This document shows, in pieces, positions 10,810-21,066 of a DNA stretch of 64,000 bases. Each line of letters begins with the position of its first letter. Position 1 is the first letter of the stretch. The DNA comes from an uncultured Trueperaceae bacterium (GTDB taxonomy: Bacteria > Deinococcota > Deinococci > Deinococcales > Trueperaceae): NCBI GenBank assembly GCA_963727505.1, contig CAVSGP010000009.1:416001-480000 (forward strand), in the 5' to 3' direction. The position numbers and the translations under genes are program-made. The notes below the pieces were generated by a model. That model did not search any database. It worked only from the letters and a program-made list of their open reading frames with translations, and had not been told where the DNA came from.

Positions 10810-11848
10810 GCTCGACCACACCCTCCACGATGCTCAGAAGGCGGTCACAAGCGGGTGGGGGCTCGGTGCCGCTGACCAGGGCCTGCGGCGTGCGCGCGGT
10901 GAGATCGAGGAGGAACGCGCGGCGGCCGGCATCCAGCTCGGCCGTGAAGTCGTCGACGAGCAGGACGGGGGGTTCGTCGTGCTTCTCTTCGAGCAGATGG
11001 TACTCCGCGACCCGCAGGGCGAGCGCCGCGGTGCGGGCCTCACCGCGCGAGCCGTAAGCTTGCACGCTGTGCCCGTCGAGCGTGAGAGCCAGATCGTCGC
11101 GATGGGGGCCGACCGGGGTGAGCGCGCGCGCCTGCTCCTCGGTGCGTGCCAGCGCCAGCGCCTCTCCGAGTTCGCAGGCGGCGCGGTTCTGCTGAAGCGC
11201 CACGCCCAGGGCCTTGCCGTCGCCGGCGACCTCGGCGTATGTGGTGCCCGCCAACTCGGACACGCGCCGCACCACGCGAAGGCGCAGCGCGTCGATCTCG
11301 CCGCCGACCGCCACGAAGCGCTCCGTCCAGATTTCCAGTCCGGCACCCGACGTGCCGGCGCGCAGGAGCGCATTGCGCTGTTCCAGGACGCGCTGGTACT
11401 CGCGCAACAGGGCGGCGTAGCGGGCCGAGAGCTTGCAGAGCAGCGTGTCGAGGTAGCCTCGCCGCTTGCCGGGTGAGCCGTGCACGAGGTCGGCGTCTTC
11501 GGGCGTGATCAACACCGCGCTACTCACGCGGGCGATGTCGACCACACGTACCACCTGTCCGTCCAGGCGGAGCTGCTTGCGGCCCGGTGCCAGGCCGACC
11601 TCGATGCGGCTGACGCCCGCGGCGTGCTCGAGCTCGGCGGCCACGAACCCCTCGTTCTCCCCGATGCGCACGGTCTCGGCGATGGTGCCCGCCGGGAGCT
11701 CTCCGGTGCAGGCCAGGTAGGCGGCGTCCATGACGTTGCTCTTGCCTGACGCGTTGCGCCCGACCAAGGCAACGACGCCGGCGCCGAGCTCGATCTGCGG
11801 GGTACGTAGGTTCCTCAGGTTGAGCTGCGACAAGGAGCGCAGGACCAC
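10802..11848 (-). CDS. recF: DNA replication/repair protein RecF
   Basis: NLRNL, GRNASGKSN Walker A, GPHRDDL, YGSRGE, PVLLVDDFTAELD; GTG 6 nt after TACACT. Confidence 0.96.
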   Translation of the reverse strand: MVLRSLSQLNLRNLRTPQIELGAGVVALVGRNASGKSNVMDAAYLACTGELPAGTIAETVRIGENEGFVAAELEHAAGVSRIEVGLAPGRKQLRLDGQVVRVVDIARVSSAVLITPEDADLVHGSPGKRRGYLDTLLCKLSARYAALLREYQRVLEQRNALLRAGTSGAGLEIWTERFVAVGGEIDALRLRVVRRVSELAGTTYAEVAGDGKALGVALQQNRAACELGEALALARTEEQARALTPVGPHRDDLALTLDGHSVQAYGSRGEARTAALALRVAEYHLLEEKHDEPPVLLVDDFTAELDAGRRAFLLDLTARTPQALVSGTEPPPACDRLLSIVEGVVERV

Positions 11849-11910
11849 GACCTCAGTGTAGCCTTCCGCCTGGGCGCGCCCGGCGCGCGTTGGGCCGCTG
11901 CAGCTGCCCT

Positions 11911-13131
11911 TCAGGCGGCGTTGGGCTGGACCGCCGGTCTGCTGTCCAGGCCGCGCGACAGCGTTGCCCACACTGCCGCCAGCGCGAGCAGGGCGGCGCC
12001 GGCCGCCAGGAGCACGGTGGCGTAGGAGGGCAGAGGCGCCACCGCTCCCGCCACGGCGGCGCCTATGGTGAGCCCAAGCGCGTTGGCGGGCAGAACGAGG
12101 CCGAGCACCTTCCCCCGCAGACCGTCGGGGACGATGAGCTGCAGGAGCGTGATCGACGCCACCTCGCCCAGGCCGAGGCCCGTACCGATCACCACGCCGC
12201 CGCCGAGCAGGCGGGGGAGCGTGCCGGTCGCGAGCAGCGCGAAGCCGATCGCGACGATCGTCTGTGCGACGGTCACGAGGTGGCGGGTGGGGACGCGCTG
12301 CACCAGCGCCGTGACGGCGGCGATGCCGATCAGCGTGCCAGCACTGATGAGCGCCTCGAACAGGCCGTAGCCGCGCGCTCCGTGGTGGGCCCGCTCCATC
12401 GCTAGCGGCATCAGCACGTTGAGCAGGTTCAGTGCGGCGTTCAGAACCAGAGTGGCGACCAGAAGAACCTGCAGCGGCGGCCGGCCGGCGAGGAAGCGGA
12501 CGCCGCCCGCCAGATCGGTCAGGAAGGGCGTGCGCTCTACCTGGGGGCCGCCGGGGAAGCGCACGACCAGGGCGGCAACGGCGAGGGCCAGCAGGCAGGG
12601 GGTGGCGAGAGCCAGGGTGGCCGGAGCACCGACGGTGGCGACCAGCGCGCCCCCTGCGCCCAGTCCCACCATCGGGATCCCCATGGTGGCCGCCTGCATC
12701 AAGGCGTTGGCTTGTGCGAGGCGCTCGGCAGGCACGATCCGTGGCAGGACGACGTTCCCCGCCGCGAAAGTGAAGATGGTGACGAGGCCGTTCAGAGGGG
12801 CGGCCAGGTAGAGCAGCCACAGCGGCAGCGCTCCGGTCAGGGCCAGCCCCGCCACCGCGGCAGTCAGCAGCGCGCGCGCCAGCGCGCCCGTCAGCAACGG
12901 CAGTCGCAGGGGGAGACGATCGGCGAGCGCACCCAGCAAGGGACCCCCGAAACGCGGCAGCGACGCCAGCAGCATCACGGTCGCCAGCTCCGCGCCGGAT
13001 CCGCCGAGGCCGAGCACCAGGAACGGCATGGCGATGAAGCCGAGCGCGTCGCCGATGGCGCTGACGGCGATGCCGAGCCAGTAGGCGGTGAAGTCGCGGT
13101 TGAACAGACGTGCGTGGCTGGGTTCCGACAT
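11911..13131 (-). CDS. MFS transporter (DHA3/EntS-like)
   Basis: About 12 hydrophobic segments, NRDF..YW.G..VS..GD start, GALADR motif A, PDGLRGKV. Confidence 0.88.
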   Translation of the reverse strand: MSEPSHARLFNRDFTAYWLGIAVSAIGDALGFIAMPFLVLGLGGSGAELATVMLLASLPRFGGPLLGALADRLPLRLPLLTGALARALLTAAVAGLALTGALPLWLLYLAAPLNGLVTIFTFAAGNVVLPRIVPAERLAQANALMQAATMGIPMVGLGAGGALVATVGAPATLALATPCLLALAVAALVVRFPGGPQVERTPFLTDLAGGVRFLAGRPPLQVLLVATLVLNAALNLLNVLMPLAMERAHHGARGYGLFEALISAGTLIGIAAVTALVQRVPTRHLVTVAQTIVAIGFALLATGTLPRLLGGGVVIGTGLGLGEVASITLLQLIVPDGLRGKVLGLVLPANALGLTIGAAVAGAVAPLPSYATVLLAAGAALLALAAVWATLSRGLDSRPAVQPNAA

Positions 13132-13160
13132 GCCCTCAGCATGCTAGAGTTCTACTGGAG

Positions 13161-13871
13161 ATGGAACAACCGAATTCCAGTAGTTCCTCGGACAACGCCT
13201 GGGAGGTTCGTACTCCCCTCCAGGCCCGCCTTCTGAGCGACGCGACGAGTCGCGCATACTTCCAGCCCTTCCTGGGGCGGACACGCTCCGTCTCGCAGGC
13301 GGCGAAGGAGGTCGGCTGCGCGCTCGACGCCATGCACTACCGCGTCCGGCGCTTCCTCGCGGCGGGGCTGCTGGAGATCCAGGGGGAGCGGCCCCGCGCC
13401 GGGCGGCCGATCAAGCTCTACCGGTCGGTGAGCGACGCCTTCTACATCCCCTTCGCCCTCACCCCGTACAGCGAACTGGAGGAGCGCATCCTCGCCGACG
13501 TGATCCGTGAGGACGAACGCGTGGTGAAGGCGCTGGCACGGGCGCTACGAGCGGGCGGGGTGGAGGGGCGACGACTCTACCGGGGCGCCGACGGCCAGAA
13601 CATGTACGAGTCGGCCGCGGACGCCGGGGTCGGGCGCGACTGGCGGGCCGCGGTAACGGCGTGGCCCCCGGGCTGGCCGGTCACGGAACGGCTGGAGATG
13701 GAGTTCGCGTTGACCGACGACGAGGCCCGCAGGATGCTCATCGAGCTGTACGAGGTGCTGGAGCGCTACCGCACGTTGGAGCGCGACGAGCGGCCCCGAA
13801 AGACCTACCACGCCCAGGTCACCGTCGTTCCCTGGGAGGATCGATCCGCCCCGAGCGGGCCCGAGAGGTGA
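13161..13871 (+). CDS. Winged-HTH (ArsR-like) transcriptional regulator divergent from the MFS gene
   Basis: SVSQAAKEVG...MHYRVRRFLAAGLL...RAGRPIKLYR HTH-wing pattern; GGAG immediately before the ATG (zero spacing), so the exact start is uncertain. Confidence 0.75.
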   Translation: MEQPNSSSSSDNAWEVRTPLQARLLSDATSRAYFQPFLGRTRSVSQAAKEVGCALDAMHYRVRRFLAAGLLEIQGERPRAGRPIKLYRSVSDAFYIPFALTPYSELEERILADVIREDERVVKALARALRAGGVEGRRLYRGADGQNMYESAADAGVGRDWRAAVTAWPPGWPVTERLEMEFALTDDEARRMLIELYEVLERYRTLERDERPRKTYHAQVTVVPWEDRSAPSGPER

Positions 13872-13905
13872 AGGGGACGGCGGAACCCCGATGCTACACT
13901 GGCCC

Positions 13906-15144
13906 GTGATGAGCCCGCTCGATTCGCGTGCCCTGCGGCGCGATTTTCCTATTCTGGAGCGCTCCGTGAACGGGCACCCGCTCGTCTACCTGGACAGCGC
14001 CGCTTCCTCGCAGAAGCCGCGCCAGGTGGTCGAGGCGATGGCCGCCTACTACTACGGGCACCACGCCAACGTGCACCGCGGAGCACACACCCTGTCCATG
14101 GAGGCGACCGAGGCCTACGAGGGAGCGCGTGCCCGGCTAGCCGGCTTCTTGAACGCACCCGAGGCGCGCTCCGTGGTCTTCACGCGCAACACCACCGAGG
14201 CGCTGAACCTCGTCGTCTCGAGCTGGGGAGGGGCGAACCTCGCAGAAGGCGACGAGGTCGTGGTCACGGTGGCGGAGCACCACGCCAACCTCGTGCCATG
14301 GCACTTCCTGAAGCGCGAGCGCGGCATCGTGATCCGGCACGTCGGCCTGACGGCGGATCAACGCGTCGACCTGGAGGCGCTGGAGCACGCGATCGGCCCG
14401 CGTACCCGGGTCGTCTCGACCTTCCACATGAGCAACGTCCTGGGCGTCATCAACCCGGTCCGCAGCATCGCAGACATGGCGCACCGGGCGGGCGCGCTGC
14501 TCGTCATCGACGGTGCACAGGGCGCTCCGCACCTGCCCGTCGACGTGCAGGCGCTCGGATGCGATTTCTACGCCCTGTCCGGTCACAAGATGCTGGGGCC
14601 GACCGGCGTCGGAGCGCTATGGGCGCGCGCCGACGTGCTCGACGCCATGCCACCGTTCCTGGGCGGCGGCGAGATGATCCGTCGCGTCACCATCGACGAC
14701 AGCAGCTACGCCGGCATCCCCGCGCGCTTCGAGGCGGGTACACCGCCGGTGGCCGAGGCGGTCGGGCTGGCCGCCGCCGTCGACTACCTGGAGGCGGTGG
14801 GCATGGCGGCGATCGCCGAGCACGACGCCGCGCTCACCCGCTACGCCCTGGAGCGACTGGACGAGGTTGCGGGCGTGACCCTCTTCGGCCCGCGCGGCGA
14901 CGACCGCGGCGGCATCGTCACGTTCAACATCGACGGCGTGCATCCGCACGATGTCGCGACGGCCCTCGACGCGGAGGGGATCGCAATCCGCTCGGGTCAC
15001 CACTGTGCGCAACCGCTCGGCCGCGCGCTGGGGGCTAGCGCCACCGCGCGAGCGAGCTTCTACCTCTACACCACCGAGGACGAGGTGGACCGCTTCGCCG
15101 AGGCCGTGGTCAGGACGCGCGACTTCTTCGCGGCCTACGCGTGA
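13906..15144 (+). CDS. sufS: Cysteine desulfurase SufS
   Basis: YLDSAASSQKP, ANVHRG, SGHKMLGPTG (PLP Lys), RSGHHCAQP; start GTG 13906 or ATG 13909. Confidence 0.96.
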   Translation: MMSPLDSRALRRDFPILERSVNGHPLVYLDSAASSQKPRQVVEAMAAYYYGHHANVHRGAHTLSMEATEAYEGARARLAGFLNAPEARSVVFTRNTTEALNLVVSSWGGANLAEGDEVVVTVAEHHANLVPWHFLKRERGIVIRHVGLTADQRVDLEALEHAIGPRTRVVSTFHMSNVLGVINPVRSIADMAHRAGALLVIDGAQGAPHLPVDVQALGCDFYALSGHKMLGPTGVGALWARADVLDAMPPFLGGGEMIRRVTIDDSSYAGIPARFEAGTPPVAEAVGLAAAVDYLEAVGMAAIAEHDAALTRYALERLDEVAGVTLFGPRGDDRGGIVTFNIDGVHPHDVATALDAEGIAIRSGHHCAQPLGRALGASATARASFYLYTTEDEVDRFAEAVVRTRDFFAAYA

Positions 15145-15151
15145 GGGCACC

Positions 15152-15592
15152 GTGAGCTTCCTCGAGAGCCTCTACAAGGACGTCATCCTGGAACACTACA
15201 AGCGCCCCCACAACCGTGGCACGGTGGACGCTCCGAGCCATGTCCACGAGGGCGTGAACCCCTCGTGCGGCGACGAGCTCACTCTCTACATGCGGGTCGA
15301 ACAGGGCGTCATCCGAGCCGTCGGTTTCGAAGGGGAAGGCTGCGCCATCAGTCAGGCCTCGGCGTCCCTCATGACCGACGCGCTCAAGGGGCGCAGTGTC
15401 CAGCAGGCCCTGGAGCTCTCGCGCGCGTTCCGTGACATGATCCGCGGCCGGCCGCCCGCGCCCGAGCTGGGTGAGCTGAGCGCGCTGCAGGGCATCGCCA
15501 AACTGCACGCCCGCGTCAAGTGCGCCACCCTGCCGTGGACGACGCTGGACGCGGCGCTCGGAGCGCCGGAGGGGGACGCCACACCCGACTGA
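15152..15592 (+). CDS. sufU: SUF system sulfur-transfer protein SufU
   Basis: LYKDVILEHYKRPHNRG, NPSCGD, GCAISQASAS, RVKCATLPW. Confidence 0.95.
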   Translation: MSFLESLYKDVILEHYKRPHNRGTVDAPSHVHEGVNPSCGDELTLYMRVEQGVIRAVGFEGEGCAISQASASLMTDALKGRSVQQALELSRAFRDMIRGRPPAPELGELSALQGIAKLHARVKCATLPWTTLDAALGAPEGDATPD

Positions 15593-15635
15593 CGCCCGTT
15601 TCGGGCGGTGCGCGTCTCCGTGGAAGGGGTCTGGT

Positions 15636-16178
15636 TCAGTGGGAGCCGGCCGCAGCCTTGGAGCGCTCCCGCTCGTCGGCGTCGACACCGAGGTCGTCCG
15701 CGTCCTCGACCTCGCTGGCCGCAACCGCGCGCGGGTAGGGCTGACTCTCCAGCGAGCGCATGTAAGCCTCCAACATGCCGCGGAACTGTTCGCGGAACAG
15801 CGAGGTCTCGCGCTCCACCCGCGCAAGCTCGGCGTTGGCGGTACGTAGGCGCGTCTCGGCGCCGTGAAGGCGCTCCTCCTTGAGGCGGTCCGCCTCCTGT
15901 AGGACGAGCTGCGCCTCCTTCTTGGCATTCTCCTTGATCTCGTTGCCGATGCGTTCGGCGGCGATGATGGCCCGCTGCAACTCGGCCTCGGCCGCCTGCA
16001 ACTCGGCGATCTGCTCGTCGCGACGATCGAGGCCCTCCCGCAAGGTCTGGACCTCGCGGAGCAGTTCCTCGCGCTCCAGGGCCACCCGTTCGAGGAACTC
16101 GCGCACCTGCCGCCGGTGGTAGCCGCTGGCAGTGCGCTGGAACTCCATGTGCTGGATGTCGAGCGGGCTCAGTCTCAT
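15636..16178 (-). CDS. divIVA: DivIVA-domain protein
   Basis: MRLSPLDIQHMEFQRTASGYHRRQVREFL followed by coiled coil. Confidence 0.9.
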   Translation of the reverse strand: MRLSPLDIQHMEFQRTASGYHRRQVREFLERVALEREELLREVQTLREGLDRRDEQIAELQAAEAELQRAIIAAERIGNEIKENAKKEAQLVLQEADRLKEERLHGAETRLRTANAELARVERETSLFREQFRGMLEAYMRSLESQPYPRAVAASEVEDADDLGVDADERERSKAAAGSH

Positions 16179-16203
16179 GGTCGCACCGTCCCTTGGGGGC
16201 TCG

Positions 16204-16842
16204 TCAGCGGAACAGGGCCGTGCCGACCCGCACCCAGGTGGCGCCCTCTTCCACCGCGACTTCGAAGTCACCGCTCATGCCCATCGAGAGCCCTGTCAAC
16301 CCAAGCGTATCACCCAGCCGCCTGAGATCCCGGAAGACGGGGCGGCTGGCCTCGGGATCGTCGCTGTACGGTGCCATCGTCATCAAGCCCTCGAGGGTGA
16401 CGTGCTGCAGTCCGGCAACATGCCGCACCATGCCGGCGGCGGCCTCGGGCGCCACCCCGTACTTGCCGGGCTCGCGTGCAACGTTGACCTGGAGCAGTGT
16501 CCGGAACGTCGTCTCCTGCCTCGTCCCCTCCACCTCCAGCGCGTCCGCCAGGCGCTCCGAATCGAGCGAGTGGAGGAGCGCCACCGACGCCACGTACTTG
16601 ACCTTGTTGCGCTGCAGGTGGCCGACGAGATGCCACGCCACGTCCGGACCGAGATCCGCAGCTTTGTCGCGCCACTCCTGCACGCGGTTCTCGCCGAGGG
16701 TGCGGTGGCCGTGCGCCAGCACGCGTTGTCGGATCTCGTCGACACCATGGCCCTTCGTGACCGCGACCAGCGTGACCTCCGAAGGGGCGCGGCCCACACG
16801 CGCACAGGCGGCCTCGATGCGCTGCCGGACTTCCGTGATCAC
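16204..16842 (-). CDS. yggS: PLP homeostasis protein YggS
   Basis: LVAVTK, GENRVQE, WHLVGHLQRNK, LSMGMSGDF, VRVGTALF. Confidence 0.96.
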   Translation of the reverse strand: MITEVRQRIEAACARVGRAPSEVTLVAVTKGHGVDEIRQRVLAHGHRTLGENRVQEWRDKAADLGPDVAWHLVGHLQRNKVKYVASVALLHSLDSERLADALEVEGTRQETTFRTLLQVNVAREPGKYGVAPEAAAGMVRHVAGLQHVTLEGLMTMAPYSDDPEASRPVFRDLRRLGDTLGLTGLSMGMSGDFEVAVEEGATWVRVGTALFR

Positions 16843-16846
16843 CGCG

Positions 16847-17671
16847 TCACAGCTCGGGCAGCAAGGCGCCGACGAGTGCCCGGAAGCTCGCGCCACTCTC
16901 GGAGGCGACGCGCAACACCTCGTCGCCGGTGGCATGCTCCTTCCGGTCGGGAAGGGCGATGTCCGTCACCGTCGACAGCCCCAGAACCCGCATTCCCAGT
17001 TGCCGAGCCTGGATCACCTCGTGCACCGTCGACATGCCGATGGCATCGGCACCCCAGCGGCGGTAGGCACGCAACTCGGCGCGAGTGGCGTAGCTGGGTC
17101 CGGCGACGGCGAGGTAGACGCCCTCCCGCAGCAGGACGTCCTGGCTGCGAGCGGCGGCGCGCGCCACGTCGAGGTAACGCGGGTCGTAGCAGTCGAACAT
17201 CACCGGGAAGCGTGGGCCGGCGGCATCGTCGTTCGGTCCGGTCAGCGGGTTCTGACCGGTGGCGTTGATCAGGTCGAGATGGAGCATCAGCTCCCCGGCG
17301 CGGAAGCTCGGCGCCAACCCACCGCAGGCGTTGCTGACCAGGAGCGTGCCGGCGCCGAGCCCGTGCATCACCTTGACCGGGAAGGCGCATTGCGCCGAGC
17401 TGAAGCCTTCGTAGAGGTGGACCCGACCCTGCATGGCGACGACGCGTCTTCCGGACAGCGTGCCGATGATGAAGCGCCCGGCGTGGCCGGGGGCGCTGCT
17501 CACGGGCATCCCGGGGACGTCGCCGTAGGGTAGGACCGCTTCGGCCTCGATCTCGTCGGCCAGCGGGCCCAGCCCGCTCCCAAGCACCAGCGCGATCTCG
17601 GGCGGAGCAGGGGCGTGCCGGCGGATGGCGGTGACGGCGTCGTCCGGGGAGGGTTGAGGAGCTACGTCCAT
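16847..17671 (-). CDS. punA: Purine-nucleoside phosphorylase (trimeric type I)
   Basis: LVLGSGLG, GHAG, MQGRVHLYEG, GADAIGMSTVHE. Confidence 0.92.
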   Translation of the reverse strand: MDVAPQPSPDDAVTAIRRHAPAPPEIALVLGSGLGPLADEIEAEAVLPYGDVPGMPVSSAPGHAGRFIIGTLSGRRVVAMQGRVHLYEGFSSAQCAFPVKVMHGLGAGTLLVSNACGGLAPSFRAGELMLHLDLINATGQNPLTGPNDDAAGPRFPVMFDCYDPRYLDVARAAARSQDVLLREGVYLAVAGPSYATRAELRAYRRWGADAIGMSTVHEVIQARQLGMRVLGLSTVTDIALPDRKEHATGDEVLRVASESGASFRALVGALLPEL

Positions 17672-17780
17672 AGCGTCAATTCTACTGGGGACGAGGCGTG
17701 GCCGAAGGGGCGCCGCCGGGCCGGCGAGGGCGACCGGGACGCTCTAAGTCCTCTCACGCGAACTCGGGTACACTGCACGC

Positions 17781-20435
17781 ATGCCGAAATTCCGCCACCT
17801 GGTGGCTGCCATGCTCGTCGCCGTGGGCGCTCTCGCGTTCGCCCAACAGCAGCCGACCCCCCAGGGACGACTCGCTGACGTCCGTGTCGAGGGCACCACC
17901 AACTACGCCGACATCGTCAAGACCATCATCACGGCGCGCAAGGGCACGCCGGTGGACAGCATCGACCTGGAAGCGGAACGGAGTCGCGTCTACAGCCTGG
18001 GAACGTTCCAGGAGGTCTCGGTCAGCATCCAGTCGAGCCCCGGAGGGCCGGTGCTGCTGATCAAGGTCAAGGAGAACCCCTTGATCGGGGCGATCGCCTT
18101 CCAGGGCAACAGCTCGGTCGACACGCAGACGCTCACCGACGCGCTGAAGTCCAACAACCTGGTCGAGACCGGCAGCGTATACAACACGAGCCGTGCCGAA
18201 CAGGCCAAGCAGACCATCCAGCAGGTCTACCGCCAGAACGGGTTCCCCTTCGACGTCGATGTCAACCTCACCGAGGAAGCCGCCCCGGACCTCGCCACCC
18301 AGGGTGGCGCCGTGCCCGTACGGCTGACCTACACGGTCGACGAGCAGGCGAAGGTCGACAAGGTCGCCTTCCAGGGCAACACGGTGTTCGACGACGCGGC
18401 GCTCAAGGGGCCGTTCGACGCGCTGCTCAAAGCGGGTACCTTCCAGCTCTCCAGCTACCGCTCGGCACTGCAGCAGATCGGGACGATGTACGTCGACAAG
18501 GGCTTCCGCGGAAGCGGTGTCGACAGTCAGAACAGCGAGCTCAAGGATGGCACGCTGACGGTGAACATCCAGGAACTCCGCATCGACTCGATCGACACCA
18601 CCGCGCTGGGGGTCGACCCCTCCAGCCTGAGTCTGCATTCCGGTGACCTGTTCAACTACGACAAGCTGCTGAGCGACGTCAAGAAGCTCGCCAAGGGCCG
18701 CAGCAGCGACATCCAGCTGCAGACCCTGCGTTCCCCGACCGGGGGGGTGCGCGTGGTCTTCAGCCTCGGCGCTCCCGACAGCGCAGGCCCGATCACGGCC
18801 ATCAAGATCGAGGGCAACACCGTGCTCTCCAAGGAGCAGATCGACAAGGTGCTGTCGCTCAAGGTCGGCGACACCTTCACCTCGGCGGTCGCACGGGAGG
18901 ATTTCGGCGCCCTTGTCAAGGCCTACAACGACCAGGGCTACATCATCGCGACCCAGCCGGACTTCAGCTACGACAACGGCACGTACATCCAACGCGTGAC
19001 CGAGATGAAGATCGCCGGCTACAGCATCCAGTACCAGGGCAAGCCCGACAACACCAAGCCCTTCGTCATCACCCGCTACCTACCGAAGGTGGGCAGCGTC
19101 GCCAACGTCCAGCAGATCGACAACGGACTGCGCCAGGTGTACCGTACCGGGTCCATCACCCCGGTCAACCGCTCCTTCCAGCAGGCCGCCAAGCCCGACG
19201 AGCTCACCGTCGTGATCACGGTGAAGCATGCCAGCACCGGCAGCTTCCAGCCCTCGGCTCAATACGCCACCGACACCGGTCTCTCCGCGTCATTGAGCTA
19301 TCAGGAGAAGAACTTCCTGGGCCGCGCACACCACGTCAGCGTCGATGTCAACGGCACCAGCACCGACCTCGGTGTGATGTTCGGCGGGAGCCTGCGCTAC
19401 AACATCCCCTGGCTCTACATCCCCGCCGACAGCTTCGAGACCACGCCCACCTCGTACTCCATCCAGCTGTTCAGCACGATCCGCAACAACCAGCCCCTGA
19501 GCACCTCCGACGGCAGCACCACGGTCACCTACCCGGGTCTGGCGGCTACCGAGACGAACCGCGTGAAGGTCGGCGAGTACACGGTACGCAATACCGGGCT
19601 CGGGGTCAGCGTCACCCGCCAGATCTATCCCCACACCTCCATGAACCTGAGCGGAAGCGCCAGCTACGCCCAGTACAAGCTGGAGCCGCCCAGCGTCGAC
19701 TGCACCGTGCAGAGCGGTACGGTCACCAACAACGGGACCTGCTCGCTGCCGCGCTCCGATGCGCTGCGGTACGTTCCCACCAGCGGCATCTCCACCTTCT
19801 TCTCGGCGGGCGTGGCCTACGACAACCGCGACAACCCCGACTTCCCGACCACCGGCCTCCACGCCTACGGAAACTTCGGGATCGGCATCGGCGGCGACTA
19901 CACCGACCCCAACACCGGCCAGCGTCAGACCTATGCCTACCAGCAGTTGACCGGCGGCGTCCGCACGTACACCAAGCTGTCGACGCTCGACCCGTCGGAG
20001 ATCAAGGACCCCAACCACGTGTTCGCGGTGCGCTTCGACGCCGGCACCCAGATCGGCGACAGCTACCCCAGCTCCAAGCAGTTCCAGGTGGGTCGCACGA
20101 ACCTCACGCGCACCCTCATCCGCGGCTACACGGTGAACGACTTCAACCTCTCGAAGAGCTACCTCACGAGCTCGCTGGAGTACCGCTACAACTTCAACCT
20201 CAACACCGTCGCCACCCAGACGGTGATCGGCGTCGCATTCGTAGATCTCGGCTGGGCGTCCAGCGTTCCCAACTACCCCGATTACCAGACGCCCGTCTTC
20301 GCCGGGGCCGGCGTCGGCGTGCAGATCAACCTCGGCTTCGGGAGCGTGGTGTTGCCGGCCATCCGGATGGACTACGCCTTCAGCCAGCGCCACCCCTCCG
20401 GCGTGTTCGGGTTCCGGGTGGGTCCGGTTTTCTAG
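17781..20435 (+). CDS. bamA: BamA/Omp85 outer-membrane protein assembly factor
   Basis: Signal peptide, several POTRA-like repeats (FQGN/IEGN), EKNFLG, IRGY motif, C-terminal FGFRVGPVF. Confidence 0.9.
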   Translation: MPKFRHLVAAMLVAVGALAFAQQQPTPQGRLADVRVEGTTNYADIVKTIITARKGTPVDSIDLEAERSRVYSLGTFQEVSVSIQSSPGGPVLLIKVKENPLIGAIAFQGNSSVDTQTLTDALKSNNLVETGSVYNTSRAEQAKQTIQQVYRQNGFPFDVDVNLTEEAAPDLATQGGAVPVRLTYTVDEQAKVDKVAFQGNTVFDDAALKGPFDALLKAGTFQLSSYRSALQQIGTMYVDKGFRGSGVDSQNSELKDGTLTVNIQELRIDSIDTTALGVDPSSLSLHSGDLFNYDKLLSDVKKLAKGRSSDIQLQTLRSPTGGVRVVFSLGAPDSAGPITAIKIEGNTVLSKEQIDKVLSLKVGDTFTSAVAREDFGALVKAYNDQGYIIATQPDFSYDNGTYIQRVTEMKIAGYSIQYQGKPDNTKPFVITRYLPKVGSVANVQQIDNGLRQVYRTGSITPVNRSFQQAAKPDELTVVITVKHASTGSFQPSAQYATDTGLSASLSYQEKNFLGRAHHVSVDVNGTSTDLGVMFGGSLRYNIPWLYIPADSFETTPTSYSIQLFSTIRNNQPLSTSDGSTTVTYPGLAATETNRVKVGEYTVRNTGLGVSVTRQIYPHTSMNLSGSASYAQYKLEPPSVDCTVQSGTVTNNGTCSLPRSDALRYVPTSGISTFFSAGVAYDNRDNPDFPTTGLHAYGNFGIGIGGDYTDPNTGQRQTYAYQQLTGGVRTYTKLSTLDPSEIKDPNHVFAVRFDAGTQIGDSYPSSKQFQVGRTNLTRTLIRGYTVNDFNLSKSYLTSSLEYRYNFNLNTVATQTVIGVAFVDLGWASSVPNYPDYQTPVFAGAGVGVQINLGFGSVVLPAIRMDYAFSQRHPSGVFGFRVGPVF

Positions 20436-20457
20436 TGCTTTCCGGACGTCGCCGGCA

Positions 20458-21066
20458 TCACTCGCCGGCGACGTCGCGCAGCACGTCCAGACTGCTGAGT
20501 CGGATCTTGCCGTACCCGGCGTCGATCGCCCCGAGGCGAACGAGCTCGCCCACGACCTTGGTGACGGTCTCGCGGACGGAGCCCACGGCGGCCGCCAGGT
20601 CGTCGTGGGTGATGTGCACGACGGGGTCGCCGCCTTCGTCCACGGTCGCCAGGTCGCTGGTGCCGAGCTCGAGGAGCTCGGCCGCGATGCGCGAGCGCAA
20701 GCGCTTACCGGCCAGGCGGTTGAGCGCCCCGTAGAGTCCCTCGACCACGTGAACGAGGTGCGCAAGGAGCTGGTGGCGCTCCTCGCGGCTCAACGAGCCG
20801 GCGTCCAGGACCACCACCTCGGTGGCGGTGACGGCCTCCGCGAAGTAGCGGCGCCCTTCACCGGTGAGGGCCTCCTCACCGAAGAAGCCGCCCGGCTTGA
20901 CGTAGCGCAGGGTCAGTCCGTTGCCCTCGTCGTCGACGGTATGCACCCGGACCAGCCCGCTCCGGACCCGGAAGACGTACTCCGGCCCCCCGGGGAAGAG
21001 GACGACCTCCCCAGCCTGGTAGCCGCGCACATCCACGACTTCCGCGCCCCCCAGCGATGGGCTCAT
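20458..21066 (-). CDS. ddrI: Crp/Fnr-family regulator, DdrI/LdrP-like
   Basis: SGLVRVHTVDDEGNGLTLRYVKPG.FFGEEAL and THDDLAAAVGSVRETVTKVVGEL...GYGKI closely resemble Deinococcus DdrI as I recall it. Confidence 0.82.
   Translation of the reverse strand: MSPSLGGAEVVDVRGYQAGEVVLFPGGPEYVFRVRSGLVRVHTVDDEGNGLTLRYVKPGGFFGEEALTGEGRRYFAEAVTATEVVVLDAGSLSREERHQLLAHLVHVVEGLYGALNRLAGKRLRSRIAAELLELGTSDLATVDEGGDPVVHITHDDLAAAVGSVRETVTKVVGELVRLGAIDAGYGKIRLSSLDVLRDVAGE

Noticed and set aside
13906..15592. sufS-sufU without sufBCD
   Set aside because: Split suf loci are common; the remaining genes are probably elsewhere
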